Shown here piece after piece: positions 14,493 through 28,778 of a stretch of 64,000 nucleotides of DNA. Source of the stretch: Octopus sinensis (lineage: Eukaryota); NCBI RefSeq assembly GCF_006345805.1, contig NC_042999.1, forward strand, positions 172,670,001 through 172,734,000, read 5' to 3'. Below the pieces are notes generated by a model, which was given only the letters and a program-made list of their open reading frames with translations, had not been told where the DNA came from and searched no databases. The translations under genes were made by a program, and so were the position numbers. Every line of letters begins with the position of its first letter. Position 1 is the first letter of the stretch.

Positions 14493-15594
14493 TTAATATC
14501 CCAGTTAAAGGTAGTTGAAAAAATTTAACAGAATGGCCGCAAATTCTCCTTGGTATAATTTGTAAATCATTTCTCTAGGAAGCGTAGAAACGTTAGTTTA
14601 GTTTCTGTTGTGATTGCGTTGTTGTTTTCGATTTAAAATTATATTGATTATAAATTTGTGTCGATGTGTTTATCCTTTTAGATCGACAATAGCTATATAT
14701 TCATAAAAGAAACATGACTAAAATTTGTACGAATGCTAGAAAACTGCTTTGCAAATTATACCAAAGAGAATTTGCTGCCATTTTCTAAAATATGTAGACG
14801 TTCGACTACTTTTATTTGAGATTTTAAACTCCATTGCGCCAAGTCATTTTCATTGCTAATTCACCAGGCACATAGCTACGCAGGAGTCAGGCTTCTGCTA
14901 ATATTTAAGTGGGTGCTAACATGTTTAATGCTTTCGAACATTAAAACGCTAATGCTTACAATAAGATAATGCAGCTGAATTTTGTGAAGTATAATTCACG
15001 GCAAAACAATACCGAGAAATCTATATATCAACGTGTCTGCATAGTTCGGTTTGGAACTATGCTCAGTCGGGAATGTTCACAGAAATTAAGGTCACTATTA
15101 AAGTTAAATGCTATATTCAGTCAAGAAACTTGTTAGAAATAACCAACCTGTCTACCCCAATCTTCTACAATGCTTTTGCAGAATTACTCCACATAGCATT
15201 TCGTTTGAGTGTTATTTATTATAGATGTTGTTTATAGAATGCTATCTTTGTATCGGTCAATTCTTTATTTGCGTAAATATTAGTTGTGTTAATAAAAAAT
15301 TGAAAATGTAACCTGTTTATCTTTGACGCGTTTGAAAATGTAAACAACTTAACATATGTCACCTGTTCTAACAGCATGACTCCGACATATTTAGAAGCAT
15401 TCCAAAAGTAACCACGTCGCGCTTCAACCCAGGCTAACCCGCGGTCCATTCGTGACTATTTGCCTTCGTTTTAAGCCAATCTCTTCCAGATCCTACATAT
15501 CAACATATTCTTTATAATTTCACTTTTTAAAGACATTTCGGGTAATGTACAAAAATCAGATACGAGATGGCTATGGTTGGAATATCGTTTATCT

Positions 15595-15890
15595 TTTATT
15601 TGTTTCAGTCAGTACACTGCGGCCATGCCAAAGCTGTACCCTGAAGAATTTATTCGAACAAATCAATATTTCTTTCTAAGAAATGTTATCGTTTTCTTTC
15701 TACCGAACCACAATTTTACGAACCGAACGTAAACAAAACGACAGCAGTCTTCAAGCGTTTGTGGAGGCAAACACAAACACAAACACACACAAACACATAT
15801 ATGTGTGTATATACAAACACACAGCATGTATCTTTCGGATTTAGTCCGCCAAATCAACTGTCAAGTCTTTGGTAGCTATACCCTGGTACA
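15595..15890 (-). mobile_element. Old diverged SINE family A copy
   Basis: TTTGTTTCAGTCA...CTGCGGCCATGC is the reverse complement of the family A tail GCATGGCCGCAGTCAAATGACTGAAACAAG; also CCGAACC and CAAACACA blocks. Confidence 0.6.
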
Positions 15891-16313
15891 GGAATTCCGT
15901 AGTTTCGAGGAGTTTTGAAACACCTCTTTGTCCCCACTATTGTCCCCAGATTTACTCTGAACTGCAGAAGGAACACTTCTTAGGGCACAACTTACTGGCT
16001 AATTAGCAACTGAACCACTGTGAGTGAAGGAAACCTAGTTCTCATTAAAAAAGTAAACCCTTAATAAAGAAAAAATTTTTTAATAAAACGTAGCTGGTTT
16101 CTGGTAGTCGCATCCTCTATTTTACCATTAAGTTTCTTCTTGTTGCGCTGAATAGTAGCTTCAATACTATGCAACGCTTTATCCACTGAAACAAGTTCAC
16201 ACACACGAATGTGTTTAGCATATTGTCTTATTTTGTCAGGAGCTGACTTCCAAAGTTTGGGTATATATGTATTTTTGGATGCATACATACAGTTGCATAT
16301 ATATATATGTGTG

Positions 16314-16347
<34 letters not shown>

Positions 16348-16994
16348 TTCATGCATGCGTGCATGCACACGAGTATATCTGTATGTATGTATGTATGTAT
16401 GTATGTATGTATGTATGTATGTATGTATGTATGTATGTATGTATGCATGTATGTATGTATGCGTGAGCTTGTACTGAAATGAAAACGATGCTAGATATAA
16501 AAGCTGCAGTTAGAGACCACACGAAACATGTTGCAACAGTGTCATAAATACTCTCACTTCTTTAAAATAACTGTTTTAATGATTATTTAATGAATTACTT
16601 TAGTTTCAACACACACCCAAACATTTTGAGTAATACAAGCACACAAATACATCAAGAAGGCCAGGGAACAGAAGAACGAAGAAGAAAGAAGACATGCGCC
16701 CAACACCAAAGCTGAAGACACCTTCGAAATTTGTGGGGCACCACGTCAAAACGGTAGAGGAGTAGGGGCCGAAACCGGACGTGTTTCTTCACTATGATGT
16801 CTTGAGCTAACTGGATCCTATAAAGAAACGGTTGCGATAGCAGACAACGAAACACGGTTGAAATTCCTATGTATATATTTCTCTATGTAAATTTAATTCT
16901 TTTATTCTTTTGTACGCTTTAGTCGTACGGCTGGAGTCATGCTGGAATACCTCCGCGAAAATCAATATACTGCAAAGTTATAAATGGGTGGACC

Positions 16995-17142
<148 letters not shown>

Positions 17143-17572
17143 CGGTGATTTAATAACGTAGATTGTTCTATTTTCTTTCTTCTTCGAAATTTTCAATACA
17201 CGAATCTTTCGTACGTTAATAAGGCTTATATTCCAAATAAATGTTAAACTGCATTTAAGTATATTGAATTCTTCCTTATATGATATATGTTCTTAATCTT
17301 TATATAAAGAGATGTTACAAATCTCTCTCCCCTTTTCTCACTCTCTGCCTCTCTGTCTCTCTCTCTCTCTCCTTATTTATATATATATATATATATATAT
17401 AATACCTACTTGTATATATACATATTTATATACTTGTAAATATATAGAGATTTATACATTCATATACATATATATAAATATATATATGTATATGTGTGTA
17501 TACATATATATAGATAGATAGATACATAGATACACTTACATATATATTCATAAATACATCAATATATATACT

Positions 17573-17609
<37 letters not shown>

Positions 17610-17739
17610 GCGTTTTTATATTATACATATATATAATATATATGTGTGTGTATACACATAATTACGTATATATACGCACACATGCTAGTGTATTTCTACG
17701 TTTCCACACATGCATGTATATATATATATATATGTGAAT

Positions 17740-17790
<51 letters not shown>

Positions 17791-17791
17791 T

Positions 17792-17825
<34 letters not shown>

Positions 17826-18454
17826 GGATGGATGGATGGATGGATGGATAGATAAATAGATAGATAGATACAGAGGCAATGTTTTGAAGTATTTTCTTTT
17901 ACGAATCTTGTAGCATATTTTTCATTAATCTCTCTTATTGGCTTTGCTTTGATTCATCTCTTACGTGGGATTTATATTTTTCTTTATTGATTATATTCGG
18001 TTTTAGATTCGCGTATTGAAAGAAGAATACCGAGCACATTACATTTTTCATTTGCATTCTAAAACGGTAGCCTATTATGAGATCAGTGCTACATTTGTGT
18101 TCGATCGATTGCTCAGGAAACGGATAAATTTTAATACAGATTTGTTCGCCAAAGACGTTGCACGAGTAATCGCTTCCACTTATTTGCCTCTATCTTCAGA
18201 AAGCAATTTGTTGGATATGGGAGTGGGTCATGGAGTATTAATATAAAATATTAAACTAAATAATCCATATCTTCTTTTGCCAAAGCGAGACGTGAGGAAC
18301 TTGCTTGTTTGTTTCGTCATTGTTTTTTCCTGAATATATGTTATGAATTATATTAATCTTGTTTACTACAGAGAATTCACGGGTATATTAACATAATAAA
18401 ATAAATATATACGTTCACATACACACATGCACGATACATAAATGCACACGAAAT

Positions 18455-18535
18455 TGTATATATATATATATAATATATATATATATATATACATATATAT
18501 AATATATATATATATATATATACATATATATATAA

Positions 18536-18585
<50 letters not shown>

Positions 18586-18717
18586 TATATTCATATATAT
18601 ATATATATGGGTATGTGTGCGCGTGTATGTACGTATACATATATATAGGCATATATACATATATATATATATATACATACACATATATGTACATATATAT
18701 CTGTATATATATATATA

Positions 18718-18759
<42 letters not shown>

Positions 18760-18760
18760 A
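18455..18760. repeat. Long interrupted (TA)n tract
   Basis: Direct reading. Confidence 0.95.
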
Positions 18761-21239
18761 TCAAGAAACAAAGAATTAATCGTAAAGCGTACACCAAAAG
18801 AAATGAATAATTTTCTGAAAATGTGGAAATGAATTCACATATCTCTGTGATTGAATGAATTTTTGAATATTAAAGCGAGTGCTAGAATAAACATGAAAAT
18901 GCTTTGCCGACGAACACCAAGAGAGATAAAATGACATTGAAAATTAGTAATAAAATAGAATACCACTAACCGAAATATACATTCACATTCTTACATGCAC
19001 GCAACCAATTTAAACAGGCATGCACTGTGCTTAACATATGTGTGTGTGTTTGTGTGTGTGTGGTAGTCGTTTGTAAGTGTGTGTGTGTGTGTGCATGCGT
19101 GTGCGTGATTCTGTATTTGTGTGAAGAGAGACAGCGGGAGAGATTGGGAATAAGGAAATTGTTGCGTTGGAGAATTGTTTTAAAATATATGTACACTATA
19201 TGCAGGTTCTACTTTTAACATTCACTTTTCGCATATTACTGGAAATAGTCTTTTTCTCCATATCACAAAAGTGATTATAAATATCCAGTATAATGAGATA
19301 ATTTCCAGCTCCATGTCTTCCTAAATTACATGATAGATTTTAAATATGTCCTCTGAATATTGTTATGATCAGGAGCCGTGACAGCTGTTCAAAAGAATGG
19401 AAGCAATATGGAGAAGAAAATAATAATATTGAAACAAGCAGAGTGGAGTTTTGACCTTAGAAGTTCTTCCCATTTTTACACACATGAAATCAGGTCATCT
19501 GCGAAATCTAATGACAGCAGTGACCGAGATGTGCTGGACTGATATGTTGATAAATCTCAAACAGCAGTGTTGGCTCAAGATGATCTCCCATCCAGAAAGC
19601 TTTGCATGGAACACAGTAGATTTTCAAGTAATTCCTTGTATTTACAACTGATAAATAAATATCTATAGAAAGACCTTATCAAAGGTTAACATGGAAGATG
19701 TAGATGCTCATAAGTTTATATTCACACTTTGCCTAGAGTGCGTTCTGCTAAACTGCATCAAACATTCTTTAAACACTCTATTTATGACACATATATGCTA
19801 ACCTACGTAAGAACAGTTGTTCTATATTTAGAAAAATGTTAGTCGAAGATATATTGGGCATATGTTGATATATTATGAGATAAAATGCAGCTGTTTTTGA
19901 AGTGCTATACAGAGAGGAAGTCTATGCGAGCACTCAATTTTTAATCAAGGTAATAGTTGTATATTTCATAATTTTTGCGTATATATTGTTCTCAAAATCA
20001 TGACGCATTTTCGTTTATTTTATCCTTAATGTTTCCTTATTCATGATTATTGCCACCAGAGATCTTCATCTAAGGACGCTATTAAAATGTTTTCAGAAAA
20101 TCAGTCTATGTAATTCTTCTGCGGTCTTTATCAATGGCTTTGTCGATCAGTAATATATCTCCCCAAACATAGCTTTTGCGGCATTCATGTTTGATGTCAC
20201 GTCTTCTTATCGAAGCTTATTTATCATCTGCGACATTATTATAATACCAGTTGTTTGTAGATTTAATAACTTATAATTTCTGTGTCTTGAGGATTGATGT
20301 CGTTCAGAAAGCCAGTCAGTAATTGTATTTTTGGTCAGTCAGTGATTTTAATAATTTCTGACAGTTGATAAATAAACATATATAAAAAGACCTGGTTGAA
20401 AAAGTCAACATTAAAACTGCAGAAGCTATGTTTGGCAATATATATTACAGCTCAACAAACCATAGAAAAAGTCTGAAGAAGAATGAAGCTTCTGCGCATC
20501 ACATGAGTTGATTGCTTCAACACATTTAACAAAGTGCCTTACACGAAGAACTCTGTGGTAAATACCTACGTGTAAAACACACATACGATAAGGAAGTACA
20601 TTAAATCGGTCGTGATTTTATGGATAAAATTTAGACATAGTCACAAAAATAAACAATTATTCAATATAAACGTCATTCGATGTGGAATATTCTTATAGGT
20701 TCCTACTCTCCACAGCAATCCACAAAAAAACTGTAATTTTATCTGTTAATATATCAACATATCTAAGGCTACGAGCTCTCAGCATCCTGAGCACGTTGAG
20801 TAAAATACTTTGCGGCATTTCGCCTGTCTTACATTCTGAATTCGTGTTCAGTCGAAGTCCACTTTGCTATTCATCCTATTCGGGTTAAATAAATTCAGTA
20901 TCGGTTCAGCACTGGATCAGTTCTGTCAGGTTCCACTTACCCCAAATTAATATCTATCCTTGTTCCAAAATTTGAAATCAATATATCAACTTATCTTCGC
21001 CTAGCTATATTCTAAGTAAAGAGAGAGTTCTCTAGCGTAGGTCAGGAGGTATGTGCTATGAACAGAATAGTTAAATAACTTTTCACTTCATTTGACAGAA
21101 CGAACTGGACGCAAATCTACATTGCAAGATGCTGTTCAGTAATCGTATAGTTTTTGCGTGTTGTCACTATATTATTGAGTGCAGCTTCCTGTGACTTAAA
21201 AAAAGGATATAATATATTTTGGCTTCGTATTATTTCCTT

Positions 21240-21326
21240 TTTATATTCAAAGTAACATGTAAGGCCATAGAGGAGCCATTTCCTTTCTTGGTGCTTCTTG
21301 ACAACAATATCCGGCAGTTCTCTCAT
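21240..21326 (-). mobile_element. Short R4/Dong RLE-domain fragment
   Basis: Translates RELPDIVVKKHQERKWLL, resembling the RPDIVVK...C.LID endonuclease motif. Confidence 0.5.
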
Positions 21327-21339
21327 GTTTTTTAACTTC

Positions 21340-21433
21340 TTCTTTTTCTTCTTCTTCTTCTTCTTCTTCTTCTTCTTCTTCTTCTTCTTCTTCTTCTTCT
21401 TCTTTATATTATTAATATTATTATTATTATTAT

Positions 21434-21475
<42 letters not shown>

Positions 21476-21487
21476 TTATTATTATTA

Positions 21488-21524
<37 letters not shown>

Positions 21525-21529
21525 TTTTA

Positions 21530-21591
<62 letters not shown>

Positions 21592-21614
21592 CATTATAAT
21601 TATCATTACTATTA

Positions 21615-21676
<62 letters not shown>
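21340..21676. repeat. (TTC)n then (TTA)n microsatellite
   Basis: Direct reading. Confidence 0.95.
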
Positions 21677-21679
<3 letters not shown>

Positions 21680-22060
21680 TAGTTTTATTTTTATAGCGTG
21701 CTTTCACTTCACTACCGAGCGCAGCTCTGTGTGCCTTGGGTATGTGCTGTGATTTGTTGTGATGCTCTGTATTGTATGGAAAGTGTTCTGCGTAGGATGT
21801 GTGCAGTGTCTAGTAGTGCAATTTTCTGTATGTTATATGTGTTTGTAAGTCTTGGTGTTTTTATTATGTATTTGTCTCAATATTTTTTATCATGCCTAAT
21901 GCACCTACTATGATAGGAATTGTTTCTGTTTTTAGATTCCACATTCTGGTTACCTCTATTTCCAGGTCTTTGTATTTTGAAAGTTTCTCTATTTCTTTTA
22001 GAGACACGTTGTCATCTGCCGGTATTGATACGTCAATTAGAAAGCATTTTTTCTTCATGA
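21677..22060 (-). mobile_element. 3' end of R4/Dong-type element (RLE domain + 3' UTR)
   Basis: [56 protein letters not shown]...IQKIALLDTAHILRRTLS; flanked by (TAA)n on both sides. Confidence 0.9.
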
Positions 22061-22066
22061 AAAAAA

Positions 22067-22110
<44 letters not shown>

Positions 22111-22434
22111 GGATAAACAAGTGGATGGGGCGTCAGTTCTAAAGAGAACTTGATATTTGTAACATGCCATTTAAATCCGCTTTACTAGTACTTCCAAATA
22201 TTTGTTGTATCAATCCGCTATTAAGATATAATGACGCAGATGATAATGATAGTTATGTTCTAACAAAAAAACAGGCAATGGCATTTGGTCGCTTTTCAAT
22301 GATTACTATGGAAATAATATTGATATGCTTTATGTGGCTTAGGGTAGAAACATTAATCATGATGAGTTGCAACAAATTATTAGTCTTGATAGTGATAATA
22401 TTCCTTTCCAAAATAGGCATAAAGCCTTAAAGTT

Positions 22435-22612
22435 TGAGGAAAGGTGATAGCGTATTACAACGACCATTTTGTCCACCTGGTACTTATTTCATCGACGCCA
22501 AATGTGAAAATACAAAGTCGACCTCAGTGATATTTGAATGTAGAACGTTAAGCAGGAAGTAACGTTGCATTGTCTGTAACGCTAAGTATTTTACTATCCC
22601 ACTGCCATCTTG
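22435..22612 (-). mobile_element. Diverged SINE family B copy
   Basis: Reverse complement of family B blocks CTGGTACTTATTT.ATCGAC...AAAGTCGACCTC.G...ATTTGAA...AGAACGT. Confidence 0.65.
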
Positions 22613-23578
22613 ATGGTAATAGTGAAGAAAACAACAAAGATATCAGTAAGCCTCTTCAATTTGTAATTATTAAATAAGGAGCAATTTCAAATGTCGACGT
22701 TGTCACTCTATTTTTGAAACTAAACACATTATTACTGAATACTTATGAGTGAGTCTGAGTTATAATCGCCAGTCAGGCCTGGAAAGTTAAATATTTATGT
22801 TAGGTGTAGTGAGTTTATAAGGAGTAAATGTTATTAGAGAAAGGATTACGAGGAGTTTCAGTTTTGTAGAACAGTTTCGAATACGGTTTCAGTCCTTGAT
22901 CAATAAAATAAAGGGAGAAAGCGATTTGAAAGTGCGATAATATTCGACGATGAAAATTGATTGCGTGAAACTCAGTCAGTAGTATTTAGTTTAAAAGAAA
23001 ACCAGAGATCAAATAGTTCGACTAAAAAGTGTAAATATACTCAAACTCTGTAGAGAATAAGCAACAAATTCGTGCATAGTGAAGATGCCAACGATCGCTC
23101 GGTTCAAAATCTCTCTTGACCAAAAATGGCCTGAAATCTTTGTATGACCACTCTCCCTGTACATAACTCCCTGTCCCCCTACATGGCCTTGCTTTTGCTT
23201 TTTGAGCCAATAAAAAGTGAATTGAATTGGACACAATACAGCGCGTCAGAAACAATGTCTTGCAGTTTTCGATTAGATTCTAAACGCTCTGTTCCCAAAT
23301 ACTAACGACACCACAATGCCTATAATATCAAAATACCTATTATTTCAAGTTTAATATACAGAGTTTGAGTTCCGAGTGTGTGTATCATGTCTTTTTTTCT
23401 TATTTGCTCTCCCCACTCACACTCACTTCCTCCTAACACATTGGTCGTTTTCAGAGCTGAAGTATAATGACACCCTGTAGGTCTTAGATTCTCAAGACAC
23501 GTCGTATATTATCACTGTGCCCGTACACTTCCATTGGGACTTAAGAGACATTCAGTTATATATGTGTATATGCATGTG

Positions 23579-23610
<32 letters not shown>

Positions 23611-23739
23611 TGTATGTATGTATGTATGTATGTATGTATGTATGCATGTATGTATGTATGCATGTATATAGGTATGTATGTATGTATCTGACTGCGTGTC
23701 TGTTTTAGCTTCCCCTTTCGTATTTAGGGTTAATTTTGA

Positions 23740-24430
23740 CCGGCGACCATCTTGCTATCAAAAGTGTGAAGGAAAACATATTTTATTCCTCATCATTAAA
23801 ATCATCCAAATGCCTTGCTCATATGTATTGTCCAAGATATCGTATTCAGTTGCAGTTTGTGTATTAATGAGTTGCATACCCTCCCACCAAGTCAAAGTCC
23901 AATTACACTTTGCTCGAGACCAGCTGATATGAATCCTTTTACTCCAAATGGAATAGGTATTAAACATTATCTTGGGCACTGAATTTGCAAACTTCTCATC
24001 GGTTGTCGATAAATGTTCTCTTTCTCTTGTATTTATCAGATCACACTGGAGTCCAGAAGACATCTGGTTTCCACGGAAGAGCATTTTTCTTTTGTTCTCA
24101 CGGAATGATATCTGGTTGCTTGTCTTTTAATTTGGTTGCTGTTTTAATTTTTAAGTTCCACCAATATTTTCTTTTACTCTCAATAAAGTTCACTGTCAGC
24201 TAATATTTTTGTTTACTTTTCGTAATTCTGTCACAGATTATTCTCGCCACTGCATCAGCTAGGATTGATTTCATAAAGTTGTTGGCACCCAGTGCCAAGT
24301 TTTGATATGATATATCCCCTTTATGTTTTGCATCGTGCCAAATGACTCCGTGCTACCACCTCAGCGAACTGATCGATTTTTCTTCTGCAGACAGCAAGAT
24401 TTTATCAATGTTCTTTAGAAAGAGATCTGC
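23740..24430 (-). mobile_element. Heavily decayed RLE-type non-LTR element, C-terminal region (distinct family)
   Basis: Frame-hopping translation: DAVARIICDRI...KYWWNLKIKTATKLKDKQPDII...VETRCLLD...IQEKENIY...RSLQIQCP...LIPIPFGVKGFI...LIHKLQLNTISWT; fits PD..(D/E) endonuclease and GALG-like motifs. Confidence 0.6.
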
Positions 24431-24476
24431 ATCAGCTCTTATTTTCATCTTATGTGTGCATTAATGTGTGTAAATC

Positions 24477-24525
<49 letters not shown>

Positions 24526-26062
24526 GTGTGTGTGTTTGCACGCGTGCGTCTGCATATACGTGTGTTTATATATGTATGTATATGTGTGTGTGCATATGTG
24601 AGCTCCTTATGATGTATTATATATACTGAATGCTTTTGCTGGTAGCGAAGTTCATTCATTTTTTATTTTTGGTTATGCATTACAAACTAATGTTAAAACA
24701 TTGTTTCATAATTATACGGAAGAAATGTGTCTGTGTACTAAAGATATCTTTCTTTTCATAACTATTTATTATGTGAAGATAATTAATTCCAGATTGCCTC
24801 ATAAAATGTGCTTAGCTACATACAAAATTCTGTTCGTGCATTCGTGCATTTATAATTGTTCTTGCTCAATATTGTCCCCAAACATTCTGTTCAGTACTGA
24901 GACGTGACTACTTTTGCTTTGCAATCTTCTATGTTTCTGGGTTTTGTCTTGTCAATTAATTTATATTCTGCAAGCCAAGTAAAAAAGGTGTAACCATTCT
25001 TCAATTATGTATTTTCTGATTAAAGTATATCAAATTAAAACTACTATTAATAAACAAGAAACTTGATTTTGCCTTCCAAATATGTGTAAATGTTCCAGTA
25101 TGTGATATATTTATTTACTAATGCAACAATATATGGATAGTGTTTCTAAATCTAACATACACGTTTCTCTAACTGCTCTCTTTTTCCCTCTCTCTTTTTC
25201 TCTCTCTTGCTCTATCTCACTCTCTCCATTTCTCTTTCTTTCTTTCTCTTTCTCCCTGCCTATTATATACATATGTAAGTCTTTTTTTAATGTGTATGCA
25301 TGTCTCCATCAATATGTCCCATTACAATATATGACGTGGTCATATACCTTTGCCATTTCGGAAATACTCATACCTAAGCAAGTGTGTTCAATAACCAGCA
25401 CGTTACTTAGAGAAATTAACATAAATAACCTAATATTATCATTATAATCTAGGATAGTTAATCCACCCAAATCACATTTGCATATTATTTGTTAAAAAAG
25501 TCGGACCGGAAAAGTGAAAGTTGTAATGAAATTATTAGTATACGTTTGGTATGGTTTGATAATTAAGCAACTTATAAGAGGCCTCTACTAAATTATCAGA
25601 CGAATATGAAACACACATATAACACACATATTTAATCAAAATAAATTGAACAAAGCACATAGAGTTAGAGGGAAGATTTCAGTGCATTTTAGCAAACTAA
25701 TTTTCAAATATCAGCATTAGAGTGTGTGACATAAGTATATATCTACATACCTACATAGATAGTTACATTATATATATATATGTGTGTGTATGTGTGAGTG
25801 TGTATGTGTGAATGTATATTTAAAAGCTTTTGCAAAAGCTACATCATGCAGTTAAAATTTTCTTAAGGTATTTTTTTTTAAGTATTAAATATTAAAACTA
25901 TATTAGGATAACAGAAAATTATCAACATTTGTACAATATGTTTTTGCATTCTGTGTAATTTGCATGTAAGTGCTTTCGTTGTTCAACATTTCTGACACAT
26001 ATTCAGGGCTAATGCATTTCTTTAATATATTTATGCTTGTATGTATGCGTGTATGTATGCAT

Positions 26063-26162
<100 letters not shown>

Positions 26163-26163
26163 T

Positions 26164-27045
26164 AAGCAAAATAAGACAAGGTAGAAAAGGCTAAAATAAT
26201 TTTATCATAAAGAAAATTTTAGTACTAGTTTCAGTCTTTGCGACTTTTTCAACTTAGAGAAAAGCATGAAAACAATTGAATTGTGGAAAAATTAAATGAA
26301 ACGTTTTTTTAAATATTTCCGTTGTTTTCAAATGCAAGGGATATTTTCCTTGTCTTTCTATCACTGACTCTCTTTTTACTCATGTGAGATCTTGGTAGCA
26401 GATAGCAGGTAGTAGTAGTAGTAGTAGTAGTAGTAGTCATCCTAATATTCGAGGAGTTCTTGGTTTTGATTGTTTAAGTAGCAGTAGTAGCAGAGAAAGG
26501 CGACGACGACGACGACGACGAAGAATAAGAATAAGAAGAAGAAGAAGGAGGAGGAGGAGGAGGAGGAGGAGGAGGAGGAAAATAATACGAAGAAGAAGAA
26601 GAAAAAGAAGAAGAAGAGGGAGTAGCAAAAGAAGGGATAGAATAGTAAAAAAAAGGCGAGAGTGGTATGACAGTAGTAGGATGTTGGTGGAATCCACTTA
26701 AATTGCCATGTAACCCAAGGGTGACCCGTTGACGTTGTAATAGTAGTGCTTGGAAAAGTTCTGAATAAATTCATGGGTAGTGACTGTTATATATCGTTTT
26801 TAATATTGTTGCGTGTGTAATATTCTAAGGCCCTTATAAAAGTGTCATTTGTGGTGGACGCATTCAAAAGGGGTTTATATTTTGTGATAAAATATAACTC
26901 TTTACTAATGCGCTGGCTACAGGTTGCATCATCCCTGAATTCTGAAGCTGATTGTTTGTTCGTGGCGCAAATGTCGATGTGTTCGCTGAATGCTATTTTT
27001 CTGTATTCCCGAATTTTGTTCTGGGATCTATGTAGATCCATGAAA
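26164..27045 (-). mobile_element. PLE 3' relic (GIY-YIG C-terminus + pseudo-LTR) related to the 31-36 kb element
   Basis: 26835-27045 translates MDLHRSQNKIREYRKIAFSEHIDICATNK...FRDDATCSQRISKELYFITKYKPLLNASTTN, matching the end of ORF 33353-35506; downstream has a trinucleotide-repeat tract, a hammerhead motif and the ATAAAATTAT.TTAGC.TTTTCTA tail shared with 31870-31900; ends in (TA)n. Confidence 0.85.
26221..26254 (-). ncRNA. Hammerhead-like motif, U3-A8 core variant
   Basis: Minus strand: AG-TTGAAAA-AGTC(gcaaa)GACT-GAAA-CTAG-T-A-CT; stem I only 2 clear bp in this copy. Confidence 0.55.
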
Positions 27046-28340
27046 CCAATGTTAGTCAGGTTAATCGACAAATAAAGAAAATTTATCCACCACTGCAGTG
27101 TTGAGCACTCATTATATATATATATATACGACAAGACATAATGTTTGCCTCTTCTTATGGTAACAAGAAGTGCTCAAATGTAATTGAAACAGAGATAAAA
27201 AAAAAACATTGATCAGAGAACAAATATCAAATTCGAGTCAACGACCTTAGCCTCCAAATATTTGTTCATGTATAAACGTTACCATGGTCCTTAGACATAT
27301 AAAGTATAAATATATAAAAAACACAGAAGGTAAAAATATATATGCGAATAAAAATACAAATATATAGAACCGCCTACCAAGAAGGTATATACAATGGACT
27401 AAAAATCTAAATAAAATATCCATTGGATAAAAACGTTTTCTTACTCCCCTCAAACATAGTATGTCAAAAAAGTACATTTCATAAAAAGCATGGCAGATTG
27501 GAGTACGGGAGCAAAAAAGGTTCCACAAAATCATGTCAAACACATCTATGCCCATTTCGGGGGTTCATTGCCTCGGTTCGATTACGAGTTATATATATAT
27601 ATATTTCCTCTATTTACATAATATCGAGAAATTACCCATTCATTTTCCTGAATTATTTGGTAGAAATGAATTGAGTATGCTTATTTGTTAGTATTTGAAA
27701 TATTAGATTTGTTTTCGCAATTTATCCAGTACAATCCTTAAACAAGTAAATAGTATATTTCTAAACTTATTTCGGTTAGTGATTTATTTACGAATATACC
27801 AACACTAGCGCACTTATAGGTAATATTCTCTGGGAACGCTGAAAAGCCCTTTTAAGAGTTATTTACTTTGAATTGTTATTACGTCATATCTGATTAACCT
27901 GTTAGTATGTAACATGCTTCACAATTTTAGTATACATACTTTATTAGTATTTCCTTCTATGTTCTATATACTCTGGGAACGTATTAATGCCCTTTATTTG
28001 TATTCTTACTATCAGGTAAATAATTTCATGTTATTGCATAAATGACTTTACAATTTGGGTAATCATAACTTATTGGGAATTCCTAAAACCAACATCCTGC
28101 GTAAGACAGTTCAGTATTCTCTGTAATTACAAAAAAAAATACAGTTTATGGGTTACATAACTTGTATTGCTGTGATTGGATTCGTGAAAGAATTATGAGA
28201 ACGGTACCAAGGGTTCAGCCCCGCTTTCCCGGGAATTACCAGGTACGTCTACTAGTATATATATATATATACATACATGTGTATGTATGTGTGTGTATGT
28301 ATATGTATGTATGTATGTATGTATATATATATATATATAT

Positions 28341-28373
<33 letters not shown>

Positions 28374-28391
28374 TAGATAGATAGATAGATA

Positions 28392-28528
28392 GAAGCGCAG
28401 ACGTGACTGGTAGTAAAAATGTTGCTTTACAATCACGACGTACTTGGTTCAGTTCCCCTGCGCGGTGGGTACTCTAGATTCAGCCTTGTGAAGGGATTTC
28501 GTGGAAGGAAACTGAAAGAAACCCGTTG

Positions 28529-28559
<31 letters not shown>

Positions 28560-28778
28560 GTAAGTGTGGTTTTAGCATATTTTTTTGTCCACCACCATCG
28601 CTTGACAATCAGTGCCGGTGTATTTAGGCCGCTGTAACTTAGTGATTCAACAGGAGTGACGTATAGAATAAATACTAGGCTTAGATAGAATCCGATGGTC
28701 GATGCGTGCGACTGAAACCCCGGAAGGTGGTGCCCCAGCATAACCGCAGTGAAATGGCTGAAAGAAATAAACGATAAA
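28392..28778 (+). mobile_element. SINE family A, full-length diverged copy
   Basis: Head, GGAAACTGAAAGAAACCCGT, internal (TA)n, CCACCATCGCTTGACAA...TAGAATAAATACTAGGCTTA...CCAGCATAACCGCAGTGAAATGGCTGAAA tail. Confidence 0.8.

Noticed and set aside
19300-20640. More GC-balanced stretches that could be exons or old transposase/LINE sequence
   Set aside because: Stops in all frames tested and only vague motif resemblance; no assignment is supportable.
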